A DNA stretch of 62,127 bases from IMG/VR virus record IMGVR_UViG_3300026911_000014, positions 1-62,127 of that record. One strand, 5' to 3'. The notes under the pieces are model-generated. The model did no database searches, had not been told where the DNA came from, and worked only from the letters and a program-made list of their open reading frames with translations. Source of the DNA: a virus (lineage: Duplodnaviria; Caudoviricetes). Both the position numbers and the translations under genes were made by a program. This document shows, in pieces, positions 20,413 through 29,831 of the stretch. The first letter of the stretch is position 1, and each line of letters opens with the position of its first letter.

Positions 20413-21081
20413 TTGAGCGTAGATACACTATATCAGTTGGTGGTTTACATCGCAAACCAGTTTCAGCGGGGAAATATTAGTCCTGCTAGATTTAATTTAA
20501 TTATTCAGCAAGCTAATATTTCATTCCTAGATTATCTGTTGGGGGAATTACAACAGTATAATTATGGGTCTCCGGCCTCTCGTATTCAATATGGTGTGAA
20601 TGAAACGGCTAGACAGCGACTGACACCTTGTATTGGCCCTCCCATTTCACTAACAGCTGATGTTACTGGTTTAGTGCCTTATCCTAGTGATTTTCAACAA
20701 GTGGACGCGATGTATACTCCAACATACCAACGTATACGATTTGTTCCACAACATAAGTTACCCAACTATCTAAGTGATCCCATTGACCCCGTTGCTACAA
20801 ATCCAATTTACATTTTAGAAGCAGCAGGATTTCAGTTCTTTCCTGCTACAATAGGAGACGTTCTAATCAGTTATGTTAAAACGCCTCCAACTATCTTTTG
20901 GAACTCAACACCAGATGCTAATGGTCGGCCAGTATATTCAGCCGCAGGGAGTACTGATCCTATTTGGTATGAGACAGACTGGCTAGAATTAGCAGCCCGC
21001 GCACTTAAGATGGTAGGAATAAATCTATCTGCTCCAGAAGTAGCACAATATGGAGATGGAATTCTTAAAGCAGGACAATAA
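20413..21081 (+). CDS. Head-tail ring / tail tubular protein
   Basis: QRGNISPARFN, ISYVKTP and ALKMVGINL motifs of podoviral ring proteins; synteny. Confidence 0.65.
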   Translation: MSVDTLYQLVVYIANQFQRGNISPARFNLIIQQANISFLDYLLGELQQYNYGSPASRIQYGVNETARQRLTPCIGPPISLTADVTGLVPYPSDFQQVDAMYTPTYQRIRFVPQHKLPNYLSDPIDPVATNPIYILEAAGFQFFPATIGDVLISYVKTPPTIFWNSTPDANGRPVYSAAGSTDPIWYETDWLELAARALKMVGINLSAPEVAQYGDGILKAGQ

Positions 21082-21713
21082 TGGCATCATTAACCAGATT
21101 AGAGCTTATTCGTCGTATTCTCCGGCAAGTATATGGAGGACAACCTTCCATCGATAGCAATATTACGGACAATCTCGTTAATGCTTGGTTGAATGATGCC
21201 TTTGCTGCTGCTGCCAAAAAGAACTATCTTGAAAATGATCAAATAGATGGTATTGGGTATGTTAATAACAGTTTTTATTTATCGATTAAGAATTTGGTTG
21301 TTGTTCCTTATGAGCCATTTTTATTCCAAATAACACTCCCTCAAGTTCCAGTTGGAATTAGTAATAATCAGGGTATTGGGACACTTCAATTCGTGGATAC
21401 AGATGGGAGTATATCTAATCCTGCCATTCCTCTTAGTGAAAATCAAGTAGGATATTTTCAAAATCTGAAACCTATTCCCAATAAGATATTATACTATCCA
21501 GAAGGTACGTTTTTATATGTTATTAGCGATTTGCAATTGGATAGTTATACAGCAAAAGTAAGAATGATATCAGCAGGCGATAGAACAGATTTAAGCAGTA
21601 CGGTTACAATTCCAGAAGATTATATGCCAGATATAATTGAATATGTTAAAAAACAATTGGCCTTTGAAAGACAGATGCCCAAAATCCCTACGGATGATGG
21701 CAGCGATAGTTAA
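21081..21713 (+). CDS. Tail ring / tubular protein
   Basis: Coupled to the previous gene; IPEDY C-terminal motif. Confidence 0.6.
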   Translation: MASLTRLELIRRILRQVYGGQPSIDSNITDNLVNAWLNDAFAAAAKKNYLENDQIDGIGYVNNSFYLSIKNLVVVPYEPFLFQITLPQVPVGISNNQGIGTLQFVDTDGSISNPAIPLSENQVGYFQNLKPIPNKILYYPEGTFLYVISDLQLDSYTAKVRMISAGDRTDLSSTVTIPEDYMPDIIEYVKKQLAFERQMPKIPTDDGSDS

Positions 21714-21731
21714 AATAAAATAATAAACAAT

Positions 21732-22262
21732 ATGGAAGAGTGGAGAGCAATCGAAGGATACGAAGGATTGTATGAAGTTAGCGACTTTGGTGAAGTGCGT
21801 TCATTGGATAAGGTTGTTAAGTGTAGATTTGAAAAATTTAGAACCAGACGCGGTAAAAATATGAAACAAAGCTTGACTGTTCATGGATATCCGTTTGTTG
21901 AATTATATAAAGATGGAGTTGGTAGATTCAAGACCGTTCACCGGTTAGTATTAGAGGCTTTCGTTGAAAATGGCGAACATCTTCCTTTTGTAAACCACAA
22001 AAACGGAATCAAAACAGACAATCGAGTAGAAAATTTGGAGTGGATATCCAAAGAAGGAAACGTAAGACATGCCTTTGAATCTGGACTTAAAGTGGCTCCC
22101 AAAGGAAGCAAGCATTACAAGTCAAAGAAAGTTATTAATATAGAAACAGGAACAACTTATGAATCATTAAAAGAGGCATCTTTAAAAGAAAATATCCCAT
22201 ACGGCACATTAAAGACAAGAATGATGCTTAGTCTAACTGTTAATAAACATAAATACATATGA
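21732..22262 (+). CDS. NUMOD4-HNH homing endonuclease
   Basis: EEWRAIEGYEGLYEVSDFGEVRS; VHRLV..AF; VNHKNGIKTDNRVENLEW. Confidence 0.92.
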   Translation: MEEWRAIEGYEGLYEVSDFGEVRSLDKVVKCRFEKFRTRRGKNMKQSLTVHGYPFVELYKDGVGRFKTVHRLVLEAFVENGEHLPFVNHKNGIKTDNRVENLEWISKEGNVRHAFESGLKVAPKGSKHYKSKKVINIETGTTYESLKEASLKENIPYGTLKTRMMLSLTVNKHKYI

Positions 22263-22525
22263 TAACCCCAATCCGTAACCAAGTTCTAATTAAGTTATTC
22301 AAAGGTGACGGCAAAAGCACAGGCGGCATTATTGTAGCCGATAGTTTTAAAACCGAATCCAACAAAGGAGAAGTGATTGCCGTTGGAGAAGGCCTTAAAG
22401 GAAGCCCAATGCAGTTTAAGAAAGGAGATATTGTTTTCCGAGTCCAAGACCACGGCACCCCTATTGAAGAAAATGGAGAGCGTTTCTATCTTATGGAGCA
22501 AGGGACTATTTTGGCAACTACTTAA
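22259..22525 (+). CDS. groES: Co-chaperonin GroES (Cpn10)
   Basis: PIRNQVLIK, STGGIIV, GEVIAVGEG, KGDIV and ILA motifs. Confidence 0.9.
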   Translation: MITPIRNQVLIKLFKGDGKSTGGIIVADSFKTESNKGEVIAVGEGLKGSPMQFKKGDIVFRVQDHGTPIEENGERFYLMEQGTILATT

Positions 22526-22535
22526 TTCTTATGGT

Positions 22536-23306
22536 ATGGCTAATCAAAGACAAGGCTGGGTAAGTTTAGAGGAATGCATTAACTTATACTTAGATCGTAG
22601 TGAACAGAGTAACCATAAATTCTATAAATTATGGAACATAGGATGTAGCGGATGTGAACAAATGGGGTTAAATTTCTTTTATCAAGTCCAAACGGTAAAA
22701 CTTCCAGTCAATTCCAATTATACCGTAAATCTGCCAGATAATTACATAAAGTGGGTAAAAGTGGGAGTGGGGAACTCAATTAGTGAAATTATCCCACTTG
22801 ACTATAACAATAAGCTAAATCTATTTGCTGATCTTCAGACGAATCGACTAGAGCAGACGCAAGATAGCAGTTTATTCAATTTCTATTTCGCCAACTCTTT
22901 TATATTCTATAATTATTGGAATGGAGAGTCTTTTGAAAATCTATATGGATTGCCTAGTGGAGGCCCATTCGTAGGTGGATTTAAAATAGACAATACGAAT
23001 AGTCTGATTGTACTCACTAACTATTTTCATTATCCTTATTGTTATTTAGAATACTTGGCTTCTCCTGCTGAAGGATCAACAATAAGATTGCCCATACAGT
23101 TTAAAGAAGCCATGATTTCCTTCTTAGGATGGCAAGACAATTATTACAAGCCTTCCAATTCCCATATGGCGCGCGGAGACAAAGAAAGCTTAAAGCATAA
23201 CTTTTACAACGAACGAAGATTAGCTAGAGCAGCCTATAAACCTTGGGAAATGGAAGAGGCGTACGAATTTAACCTTAAAAATCAGCGCCTGACTGTGAAG
23301 GCGTAA
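22536..23306 (+). CDS. Tail tubular / ring protein
   Basis: ATG at 22536; VNLPDNYIKWVKVG and LEYLA motifs; precedes the stabilisation protein. Confidence 0.6.
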   Translation: MANQRQGWVSLEECINLYLDRSEQSNHKFYKLWNIGCSGCEQMGLNFFYQVQTVKLPVNSNYTVNLPDNYIKWVKVGVGNSISEIIPLDYNNKLNLFADLQTNRLEQTQDSSLFNFYFANSFIFYNYWNGESFENLYGLPSGGPFVGGFKIDNTNSLIVLTNYFHYPYCYLEYLASPAEGSTIRLPIQFKEAMISFLGWQDNYYKPSNSHMARGDKESLKHNFYNERRLARAAYKPWEMEEAYEFNLKNQRLTVKA

Positions 23307-23311
23307 TACCG

Positions 23312-26300
23312 ATGATAGAAACATACCCTTTTGCTGGTCGTATGGATACGGATTCCCCTGATCTTGTATTTCCTAGGGGAAGCCACAGAAGTGCCTTTAA
23401 TGGAGTATTTAAGGGTACACAAGGGAATATGCAATTTCAAACTGCTCCTGGAACTACGCTTATTCCTAACTCATTTCTTCCTGATGTTGGCACTAACATG
23501 ACTATAGGATGTAAATATGATGCCGTAAAACAGCGTCTATTTATATTCAATGCTAATTCTGCTGGTAATAACGCTATTTTTATTTATTACACTGTACAAG
23601 GTAATTTTGTTAGATTAATACAAGATGGGGTAAACACATCAGATGCCCCATTAAGTTTCAATGCAGCACAACGAATAAATGGGGTATCTATATTATATGG
23701 CGATGGTCAAAGCGGGGATTTATTGTTTTTTGTAGATAGTCTTTTTCGTCCTAGAAAACTAAATATAGATCGTCTATTAAATAATGGATATTCTCCTATT
23801 AAAAGTGATTTTTTAAAGGTCATTAAGGCTCCTCCTGTGATGGTTCCGCAAGTAACTTATGAAAATGACTTTACCGTTACTGCAAATAATTTAATAAATT
23901 GTTTATGGCAATTTGCATATACATTTCTATACGATGATTATGAAGAAAGCGTTATTTCAAGTGCTTCCATAGTGCCCCTCCCCTCTGTTGCATTTGACAC
24001 TTCAAAAAACATTCCTGTTTCAGAAAGTGCAAGAATCGGGTGTTATCTGCAAACAGGAGATCAAAATGTTACTAAGATTAGGTTATATGGAAGACAAACC
24101 ACTAATGGAGGTAGTAGCGGGTGGCTGATCATAGACACACTTATAAAATCAGATCTATCGATACCCAATAATACGGTTTATAAATATCTTTTTTATAATA
24201 ATGGTAATTATATTGCTGTAGACCCCGCATTTGCTGTTGAATTATTTGACCTTGTTCCATTAAAAGCCAACGACCAAGCTCTCTTGGATGGTAATGTTAT
24301 TTCCTACGGAGCAATTACAGAAGGATATAATTACTTCACTCCAACCAATATTGGGTCTTCGATCCCGAATCAAATGGTGCCTGCTTATACCATTAATAGC
24401 GTTTTATTTTTTGGATCTTCTAATGGGCAATTTACAGGCGGCCAACCTCAATTTACTTTTTATTTGACAGGAGTGGGGCAAAATGATGGTTCAGGGAATG
24501 CTACAGATTTGGATTTGGCTCCAGCCAATTTGATTGTCGTTGCCAAGTCCGATGGAACTGATATAGGATTTACGCTTTCAAACACTAATAGAAATATAGC
24601 TACAGTCTTATTTAATTTAAGATCAAGCGCAGCGACTGCGGGATGGCAATTTGTATCATCTACCTCTAATTCATTGACAATATATTATCCATCAGGTAAT
24701 GTGGTTTTAGAGAATGCTCATTTATTTGGTGCTACTTCTGAAACGCAGCCTTATAATTTAGATCAATTTGCTCATTTTCCGCAAGCCAACTATCAGTATG
24801 GTATTGTTTACTTTGATGAAGATGGTCGCACAAATGGGGTAATAACCAACGCGCAGGCTCAGATTACCACTCCGGGATATGCTCCTAATGTTACTCAAAT
24901 TCCAGAAGTAACTATTCAGTTTGAATATACTCCTCCTGTATGGGCCACCTACTATAATTTGGTAAGAACCGATAATCTAACCTATCAGAAGTATTTGCAA
25001 TGGGTTTCTGCTTCCGCTTACGGCAACAATCTAGCAACTGAAGCACAACAATTTGGATATTTTGGGATTAGTAATATTCAGGATTATAATCTATCTATCA
25101 ATGCTACAACTAATGTAGTAAGCTACCAATTCTCTCCCGGCGATAGAATTCGTATTACAGCTAGATATGATGGAAGTGGTAATCTCGTTAATATATTAAA
25201 CTTAGACTATACTATTTTAGGAGTTGCCGTAAACCCTATCGTAAATGGTGTTCAACAAACTGGAAGCTTCGTACAAATTAGTTATCCTTCTGCGGACATT
25301 AATGGTAACTTCAAATTAGATGGGACGCCCAATTATCAGAATTATCAAATTTTACTTTATTCCTATAAAGCTCAAAATCCAACTGGACAAAATGTATTTT
25401 ATGAAATAGGGCAACGATTTGGTATAGGCAATCCGGGAACGCCAGCTGCCTACCATTTTGGTACCAATGAAGATAATGTATTGACTGTTACCGATGGAGA
25501 TGTATTTTACAGAACCAGAATAGTTCCAATTACGGCAGAATATACAGTACCCACAGGTAACTTTATACAAGGTTCATCCTACAGCACTATGTGGATTAAT
25601 CCGGGTGGGGGAGGAATTCCCATAGTAGACAATGGGCGGTATGCCATTCGCGGTAGCGTTAATAAAGTAGCTGGGTTAACAAATACTACATATCCAACAT
25701 TTTCAGATTCGGATTATGATATTTTGAATGAATCTGGATCTACCCTTACCGTACGAGTTAGGTATACTCTCAATGTTACAGATACAACAGATCCTAATGG
25801 GCAATTCCAAGGGTATATAAAAATTGCTGCACCTGGTAATGTAATTACTGTATATACAGTTCTTCCATTGCAAACTGGGTTAAAGGTAGGCGTAACAAAT
25901 ACTTATATTATAGATGCTACGGTTCCTCTTCCAGCAGGTGCTAAGATGTGGTTTGTTAATTTTGCTCAAAATCAAATGAGCATTGTGTCTTCTGCTATTA
26001 CGGTAGACTTCGTTACTAATATTACTTTAAATGTTTATGATTATTCCTATAGCGATATTTACGAATTAAAAACTAATGCGGATAATCGGCCAAATGTAGT
26101 TGATACAACAGCCCTTCAAACATATTTTAGCACCTTATTCAGATACAGTGAACCGTATCAATTAGGTGCTAATATAAATAATACTAATAGATTTTATGCG
26201 GTTAATTTTGATGAATTTGATAAATCGTATGGGGACATTATTAGGCTAATTGTAAGGCAAAGAGAAATGCGCGTCTTTCAAAAAAGGAGGTGCGGCAGAG

Positions 26301-27226
26301 TTGGGATTTACCAAAAATTCATTAAAAATAACGCTGGCAATACGGATTTAGTAGTTTCCGATACAATTATCACTCAAAATAATATTCAATATTTTGAAGG
26401 CGAATGGGGTATTGGCAATCAGTCATCTAGTCTTTCCAGTGCAGGATATGCAGATTATTTTGCAGACCCTGTTAAAGGGTACTTCTGTAGATTATCCTTA
26501 GATGGGATTGTTCCAATAAGTGAATTATATAAGTGTCAGACTTTCGCTGGTAGTAATCTCCCGAATTATTTAACTAACTATTTCTATGGATTTGGAGGTT
26601 TCGCATCCATTCTTTCAGTTTACAATGTACTACCAGATAGAGATAGCGAAATAATATTCTGTCTCCAAAGTGGAGGGCCTACTATTCCAGGAGGATCAGG
26701 GATACCCATGCAGGCTATTTCGTTTAACGAGACCATGAATGCATGGCAAAGTTTTTATGATTTTGCTCCAGATAGTATAGTGTGCTGTGAAAATCTATTG
26801 TATAGTTTTTGGAATGGGAATGTCTATACACATAATAGTACAAACTATGCCAATTATTATGGCGTGCAGCATCCAGTCAACATTAATCCTTTGTATATCT
26901 ATCCTGCCTTAGAAAAGAAGAACTTTTTGGCATTAACCCAAGTATGCTCCCAACCTTGGGAATCGCCAGAAATCTACACTAATACTAATTCTTATGGAAC
27001 CCAAAGGCAAGAAAGCAATTTAGTGGCGGCTGACTACGCTTTATTAGGTGCTGATTATCATGCTGGATTTTGGTTTGACCAACATTCACAAGCTGGATTG
27101 ATCGATGGAGACGTTCTGTCTGGGAACTTGCTATCGATTCTGTTTCAATTAGATGATCCGGCAGTTTTTGCGTATCTTTCAAATATTTCCATAAGTTGGA
27201 CAGAAAATAAAATGACCAATAAATGA
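23312..27226 (+). CDS. Tail stabilisation / nozzle protein (P22 gp10-like)
   Basis: 1304 aa beta-rich; GRMDTD N-terminus, PRKLNI, FDKSYGDI, RLSLDGIVPISE; podoviral synteny. Confidence 0.75.
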   Translation: MIETYPFAGRMDTDSPDLVFPRGSHRSAFNGVFKGTQGNMQFQTAPGTTLIPNSFLPDVGTNMTIGCKYDAVKQRLFIFNANSAGNNAIFIYYTVQGNFVRLIQDGVNTSDAPLSFNAAQRINGVSILYGDGQSGDLLFFVDSLFRPRKLNIDRLLNNGYSPIKSDFLKVIKAPPVMVPQVTYENDFTVTANNLINCLWQFAYTFLYDDYEESVISSASIVPLPSVAFDTSKNIPVSESARIGCYLQTGDQNVTKIRLYGRQTTNGGSSGWLIIDTLIKSDLSIPNNTVYKYLFYNNGNYIAVDPAFAVELFDLVPLKANDQALLDGNVISYGAITEGYNYFTPTNIGSSIPNQMVPAYTINSVLFFGSSNGQFTGGQPQFTFYLTGVGQNDGSGNATDLDLAPANLIVVAKSDGTDIGFTLSNTNRNIATVLFNLRSSAATAGWQFVSSTSNSLTIYYPSGNVVLENAHLFGATSETQPYNLDQFAHFPQANYQYGIVYFDEDGRTNGVITNAQAQITTPGYAPNVTQIPEVTIQFEYTPPVWATYYNLVRTDNLTYQKYLQWVSASAYGNNLATEAQQFGYFGISNIQDYNLSINATTNVVSYQFSPGDRIRITARYDGSGNLVNILNLDYTILGVAVNPIVNGVQQTGSFVQISYPSADINGNFKLDGTPNYQNYQILLYSYKAQNPTGQNVFYEIGQRFGIGNPGTPAAYHFGTNEDNVLTVTDGDVFYRTRIVPITAEYTVPTGNFIQGSSYSTMWINPGGGGIPIVDNGRYAIRGSVNKVAGLTNTTYPTFSDSDYDILNESGSTLTVRVRYTLNVTDTTDPNGQFQGYIKIAAPGNVITVYTVLPLQTGLKVGVTNTYIIDATVPLPAGAKMWFVNFAQNQMSIVSSAITVDFVTNITLNVYDYSYSDIYELKTNADNRPNVVDTTALQTYFSTLFRYSEPYQLGANINNTNRFYAVNFDEFDKSYGDIIRLIVRQREMRVFQKRRCGRVGIYQKFIKNNAGNTDLVVSDTIITQNNIQYFEGEWGIGNQSSSLSSAGYADYFADPVKGYFCRLSLDGIVPISELYKCQTFAGSNLPNYLTNYFYGFGGFASILSVYNVLPDRDSEIIFCLQSGGPTIPGGSGIPMQAISFNETMNAWQSFYDFAPDSIVCCENLLYSFWNGNVYTHNSTNYANYYGVQHPVNINPLYIYPALEKKNFLALTQVCSQPWESPEIYTNTNSYGTQRQESNLVAADYALLGADYHAGFWFDQHSQAGLIDGDVLSGNLLSILFQLDDPAVFAYLSNISISWTENKMTNK

Positions 27227-27657
27227 TCGTAAAAGATATTTCTGGGGATGAATTTAAAAAGGCCATTTCGATTGCTTTTTCAAACGACAGCCAAATATTG
27301 AGTCTTTATGATCCTAATGTTACCGTGGAATCGGTCGAAGAAATAGTGCAAGATATTATTAAAAAAGTAACCGAACATGGAAATGTTCAATGTAAGGGGA
27401 TATACGATAAAAATAAACTAGTTGGCTATTTTGTAAGAGGGGCCGGTATGTTGATTAGTTTTGGTCTATGCGTACAATATAGGGTTAGAAAGTATAAAAA
27501 GGAATTGTTTGCACTGATAAAGGAAGACTTTAAGGGGATGTTTGTGTGCTTCTTATGGTCAAAGAATGTAAGAGGAATCAGGTATTTGGAAAAGTGTGGG
27601 ATGAAGGTTATTCAAACAGATTACCAATTAACTAAATTGATTTACAATGCCCGCTAG
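27223..27657 (+). CDS. GNAT-like protein between tail and ejection genes
   Basis: KNVRGIRYLEKCG motif; position equivalent to T7 gp13 / P22 gp14. Confidence 0.55.
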   Translation: MIVKDISGDEFKKAISIAFSNDSQILSLYDPNVTVESVEEIVQDIIKKVTEHGNVQCKGIYDKNKLVGYFVRGAGMLISFGLCVQYRVRKYKKELFALIKEDFKGMFVCFLWSKNVRGIRYLEKCGMKVIQTDYQLTKLIYNAR

Positions 27658-28357
27658 CGCATCTGCAATACAAGCAATGGCTGGAAAGACACTCGATCAA
27701 TTAACGGGTGCTGGCCAATTTATAGGGGGTCTTATTGGGCGTGGAAGAAATCAAAAAAATCTGAACAATCTTCAAAACCCAACATATACCCCTAATAAAG
27801 CAATTTCAGACTATTATCAGCAAGCTCTTAATAAGGCTATGACAAGTGCCTATAATTCCAATTTCTATAATCAGGCAGAGACGAATGCAGGAAGAGGATT
27901 GGCGACAGGAATAAGTGCTTTAGGTGACCGTCGTTCTGGTGTTGCAGGGATTGGTGGATTAGTACAAGGCTCTCAAGATGCCTTAAATAAAGCTGGCGTC
28001 CAAGCGGAAGGCTTACAGCGACAAGCATTTGGACAACTTGGACAAGCCACACAAATGAAAGCAGGAGACGACCGATATGCTTTTGATATTAATCAAGAAG
28101 CCCCTTTTGAAAGAAAGTATTCCGAATTTTCTGGAAAATTAGCTGCTAATAACCAGCTTATCAATGCTGGGATACAAAATTTGAGCAATGGTCTTACGGG
28201 GGGAGGAGGTAATCCAGTTCCACAAGGATTGGGCGGTCTGGGATCAATGATAGGAAATCATTCTGCCTCGTTGCCCTATGCAACGTATAATCCTTCATTG
28301 GCTGCAACAAGTGGAGGATACACAAGTCCAGCTAGTAATTTCCCAACTATTCAATAA
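27647..28357 (+). CDS. Internal virion (DNA ejection) protein
   Basis: Gly/Ala/Gln-rich; first of three ejection-type genes. Confidence 0.65.
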   Translation: MPASASAIQAMAGKTLDQLTGAGQFIGGLIGRGRNQKNLNNLQNPTYTPNKAISDYYQQALNKAMTSAYNSNFYNQAETNAGRGLATGISALGDRRSGVAGIGGLVQGSQDALNKAGVQAEGLQRQAFGQLGQATQMKAGDDRYAFDINQEAPFERKYSEFSGKLAANNQLINAGIQNLSNGLTGGGGNPVPQGLGGLGSMIGNHSASLPYATYNPSLAATSGGYTSPASNFPTIQ

Positions 28358-28358
28358 A

Positions 28359-29831
28359 ATGGCTAGAAGGCATATATTTCAATCGAATCCTAACATGTGG
28401 AGCGCTGGTGCGGTGGTGTTGCCGCATCAACAAGCGCATGCTCAGTACGCCAATCAATTAGCGCTACATCAACAAGCTAAGGATCAAGCCCTGTCTCAAT
28501 ACTATGATAAGGTCCAAAGCTCAATAAATCCACAAGGTATTCGAGATGTAGATATGGATGGGTGGCAAAAAAAGGCTGATGAATGGAATAAATTCGGTAT
28601 AGAGAACAGGCAATTTCTAATTGATCCTAGGCGTGATGGAGGAAAAGCGTTGGGACAATTTAATTCTATGCATAGGGATCTTTTGGGAGATTTGGCTAAA
28701 TCGAAACAAGCTGCACAAACGGAATTACAGTTAAAAAACATTTGGCTAGACCCTAAAAAAAGGCAGTTATCTACAGCCAAGGATTTAGAAATGTCACACA
28801 GAATAGGATTACCAATTTATGATCAGAATCATTATAAGGACGGCATAGCAACTCCATTCGGGGCAGAAGATTTTTCGTTTAATGCCCCCCCCTTCGATTT
28901 ACCAAAGCAGAAAATGTTATTTCAGGAAGCGACAAGGGGGTTAAAAAAAGATAGGACGTATAACGAGAAACAAGGTAGCGTAAATACTGCATTACAAAGA
29001 ATATCAGTTCCATACTCTGAGAGATATTCTAATGAGAATCTTAAAGCGATAGCTGAAAGAGTTGGAGCGGCCTATGAAGGAGATCCGTCTATGCAATCCT
29101 ATTTTGAAAATACTATTCATGATCCCGAGCAATTTGAAAAATTAAATACGGCCTTTCAGTCTGTATATAAAGATAAAAATATAAGCAGTCCAAGAGATGC
29201 CGCTATGGCCTTTGGTATTTTAAATAACCAAGGAGTGAACGTGGGAGCCGAGGATAGAAAATGGTCACGACCTCCTGTTGGTAGATCCGGTGGAATGGCC
29301 GGGCAACAGTATAACGACATGATAAATTGGGTAAATGGAACCGCTAACGCAATTCAGAAGGGAGATGTATCAGAATTAAAGAGATACGGATCAGCACTTT
29401 ATCAAGGACCTGTAAAAACTACTCGGTATCAAGATGTAGATTTTGGGCCTTTTCAAGAGCAGTCTGATGTCAACAATTATACTGATCCAGATACCAAAAA
29501 TATTATTAACGGCAAAGTGGGGGAAGCTGGAAATATAAAACAAGGAGCGATTTTCTATCATAAGGATCATCAATGGAATCCTGATACAAGACAATGGGAA
29601 GATGTAATGAATAATACTAAATTCAGTAAAGATGATCCATATTTAAAGCAAAAACTAACTGGCTATTTTCAAACTCACTATGGCCCCATTAGAAAACTTA
29701 ACGCTACCCCATTCTATCAAAATCAGGGGCAAGAAGATACCGATCAACAGCCGCCTCCTACTGCGGTTAAGACCCCAGCTAACATTAAGGTAGACCCAGA
29801 TGCATTGTTAAAGAAATATGGCGTGAACTAA
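28359..29831 (+). CDS. Internal virion (DNA ejection) protein
   Basis: ATG at 28359; helical; synteny. Confidence 0.6.
   Translation: MARRHIFQSNPNMWSAGAVVLPHQQAHAQYANQLALHQQAKDQALSQYYDKVQSSINPQGIRDVDMDGWQKKADEWNKFGIENRQFLIDPRRDGGKALGQFNSMHRDLLGDLAKSKQAAQTELQLKNIWLDPKKRQLSTAKDLEMSHRIGLPIYDQNHYKDGIATPFGAEDFSFNAPPFDLPKQKMLFQEATRGLKKDRTYNEKQGSVNTALQRISVPYSERYSNENLKAIAERVGAAYEGDPSMQSYFENTIHDPEQFEKLNTAFQSVYKDKNISSPRDAAMAFGILNNQGVNVGAEDRKWSRPPVGRSGGMAGQQYNDMINWVNGTANAIQKGDVSELKRYGSALYQGPVKTTRYQDVDFGPFQEQSDVNNYTDPDTKNIINGKVGEAGNIKQGAIFYHKDHQWNPDTRQWEDVMNNTKFSKDDPYLKQKLTGYFQTHYGPIRKLNATPFYQNQGQEDTDQQPPPTAVKTPANIKVDPDALLKKYGVN

Noticed and set aside
13013-22262. Group I introns or inteins around the HNH genes
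   Set aside because: Flanking genes look complete, the HNH ORFs abut their neighbours with no room for intron cores, and no intein motifs were seen in DnaB or TerL.
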